Origin: Phoronis australis
Taxonomy: Eukaryota; Animalia; Phoronida
Length of the DNA stretch: 64,000 bases
Direction of reading: 5' to 3'
Assembly: GCA_002633005.1 (NCBI GenBank)
Contig: NMRA01000445.1
Location: forward strand, 192,402 to 256,401
The position numbers were made by a program, and so were the translations under genes. The notes beneath the pieces were generated by a model, which saw nothing but the letters and a program-made list of their open reading frames with translations, was not told the DNA's origin and searched no databases. Shown one piece after another: positions 61,999-64,000 of the stretch. Each line of letters begins with the position of its first letter. Position 1 is the stretch's first letter.

Positions 61999-62234
61999 CA
62001 GGGCTTGGAATCATCAATGGCAAAACAGAGGAAAATTTTCCAGCTGATGTATAGTTCCCCAAATAAATAGCCTTGTGTGACAGAATTCTGTGTTGAAAAA
62101 ATTAGCTGAAATGAACGATTTTGCATGAACAAGGTCAAAATAATGACGAAAAAAGAGGAAACTGGAAATCAAATAAGAGGAATTTGAAACCGAAAAGAGG
62201 AAATCCTCTTAGAAGCAGAAAATTCCAAGCCCTC
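61999..62234 (+). mobile_element. hAT-like MITE with 6-bp TSD
   Basis: CAGGGCTTGGAAT...ATTCCAAGCCCTC flanked by AGAGAC/AGAGAC. Confidence 0.8.
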
Positions 62235-62527
62235 AGAGACAAGTTTACTTGTAGAGCCTGCTCTCAAACAGCATTTCTGAGGAGAATCACATTTCAGCTG
62301 TGTGAGAGTTTTGACCAACCACGCTACGAACTGACAGTACTTTTCTAATAGTGCGCATAAAATGGTACGTATTATCGTTTCCCAGGACAAACAACACACT
62401 GAGTATTAGAAAATTTTTAACCCAACCATTAAAAAGCAACTCATAAGCTTCAAGTCCACTTTGTTTCATTCAGAATACATGTTGCATTTCACAGAGGCAC
62501 TAGTAGAAAAAGTAACTTTTTATACAA

Positions 62528-62686
62528 CAGGGCATGGAACCAGGCCTTTATGCAGTGTATGTCCTGGAGTAAAATCAAAATAGTGATAAAAAAGAAACGG
62601 AAAAAGAGGAAACTAGAAATCATATTAGAGGAAAATGAAACTAAAAAAGAGGAAATCCTCTTAAAAATAGGAAACTCCAAGTCCTA
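62528..62686 (+). mobile_element. Internally deleted hAT-like MITE copy
   Basis: CAGGGCATGGAA...CTCCAAGTCCTA; flanks ATACAA/AAACAA. Confidence 0.65.
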
Positions 62687-63699
62687 AAACAAATAATCAA
62701 AGCTTTACCAAGCATGGATTAAGGTATGCTACAGCAATGAATTCCATTTACCTTCAGGTATTAGCACATTTGTCGTCAGCACTGACAAAAACATCCGCGA
62801 ATCGCGTTAACAAGTTAGACAATTAGAAAAGCCATTACTAATAACCGGTTATTAACAAGACAACATACCACACCCAGCTTAGCACTGTTGTTCAGGCTAG
62901 AGCGACTACTGCGTACGCTGCCACTCGTCGTCATGGCTACCTGCAGAAAGACAAATTACTGGCTTGAAATTGCATGCACAGATTTTGCAGGACTACTGTA
63001 CTCTGGACATTTTGGAGAAAGCAACATTTCTGTGCGACACCAAAATCATTAAAAAATCTGCATAAAATAGACTGGTCTCAGAACTCATTGCTGCCTGAAC
63101 ACGCAAGACTTTTGAGCAGTGATAGGTTGAAGTGACTTGAGTTGTTTTCACAAGTGCACTTTCAGTTTCAGGTAATAACAGGGCTTGGAATGACCAACGA
63201 CAGAAAAAAGGAAAATTTTCTAGGAGATATAACGTTCCACAAATAGGCTTGTGTGATAGAAATATCGACGTGGGTGCATGCAAATATCTGTGGGAATCAA
63301 CTGACACTCACCATTCACTCAAGGAAATATTTAGTTTTTGATGACATCATTAATTTTGGCAGCGGCAGACCTGAAGAAGTACACGACGGAAGCCAAGGCC
63401 AGTGCAAAACTGACCACCCTCCCTCCACGTCCGTGAAAACACGGCTCACGAGAAAAAATAGAACACCTCAAATCTAAATAGAGGGCCGGTGCACTACCAA
63501 GGACCAAGGCTATGCCGAAACGGGCACACCGAAGATCTGTAGTGGAGCAGGAAAGACCGAGTTTGTGTGATAGCTTAAAATGTATTCTTTTCGCAAGTAT
63601 GAGACACTGATTTTTTATTTCAAAAAACAGTCCATTCTTTGATTCAATTTTATCATTTCGTAAATTCAGTGAATTCCTGATCTCACACATTATATTCTT

Positions 63700-63977
63700 A
63701 ATCTTCAGTATAACCGTTCAACTAGACTGTCATATTAGTTGATTCATGCCCAAAATTTATTGTAAATCCGCTGCACGTCGGACCGGTGAGACCAAAAAGG
63801 TATTTTATGAAACTGTTATATATAATAATTACCTCCAGGACGAACACGCCATTAAGAAAATCATTAGGCATAATGATAAAGTCTGTAAGCCCAATGATTA
63901 CCTCGATGTTATTTATTATCGGAATAGAAACACAGCCCTCCAACTTTGTCATGAAAAATTACATTTCTAAAGCATAA
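63700..63977 (+). mobile_element. Penelope-like retroelement fragment (linker between RT and GIY-YIG)
   Basis: KVFYET...NYLQDEHAIKKII...VIYYRNRNT.../..VMKN resembles the PLE linker; frameshifted. Confidence 0.5.
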
Positions 63978-64000
63978 GTCCGACCCGTAGCCTAGTGTAG

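Overview
AT-rich, intron-rich animal genomic DNA, probably from an invertebrate bilaterian (organism not determinable). The main gene is a minus-strand TRPM1/3-type cation channel. I traced 23 phase-consistent GT-AG exons from 50946 to 24544 (about 1555 aa, start exon not securely found), plus a candidate 54-nt cassette exon. A convergent plus-strand GOLPH3-like gene (exons at 3595, 6950, 18507) lacks the usual N-terminal tail and loses homology just after GETW. Relics include a frameshifted THAP exon, a Ginger-like 5' end, an L1/Tx1-type LINE 3' fragment, a Penelope-like fragment and a tRNA-derived SINE. Non-autonomous DNA elements are abundant. The most unusual signal is a Helentron/DINE-like family whose internal array is built from ~147-bp sub-monomers, each carrying a co-oriented CTCF-consensus-like motif (~30 copies). 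Also notable are a 2.9-kb three-layer nested palindrome 32 nt after a GOLPH3 splice donor and tandem duplications of TRPM splice junctions with mutated decoy sites. All calls were made by eye without alignment tools.
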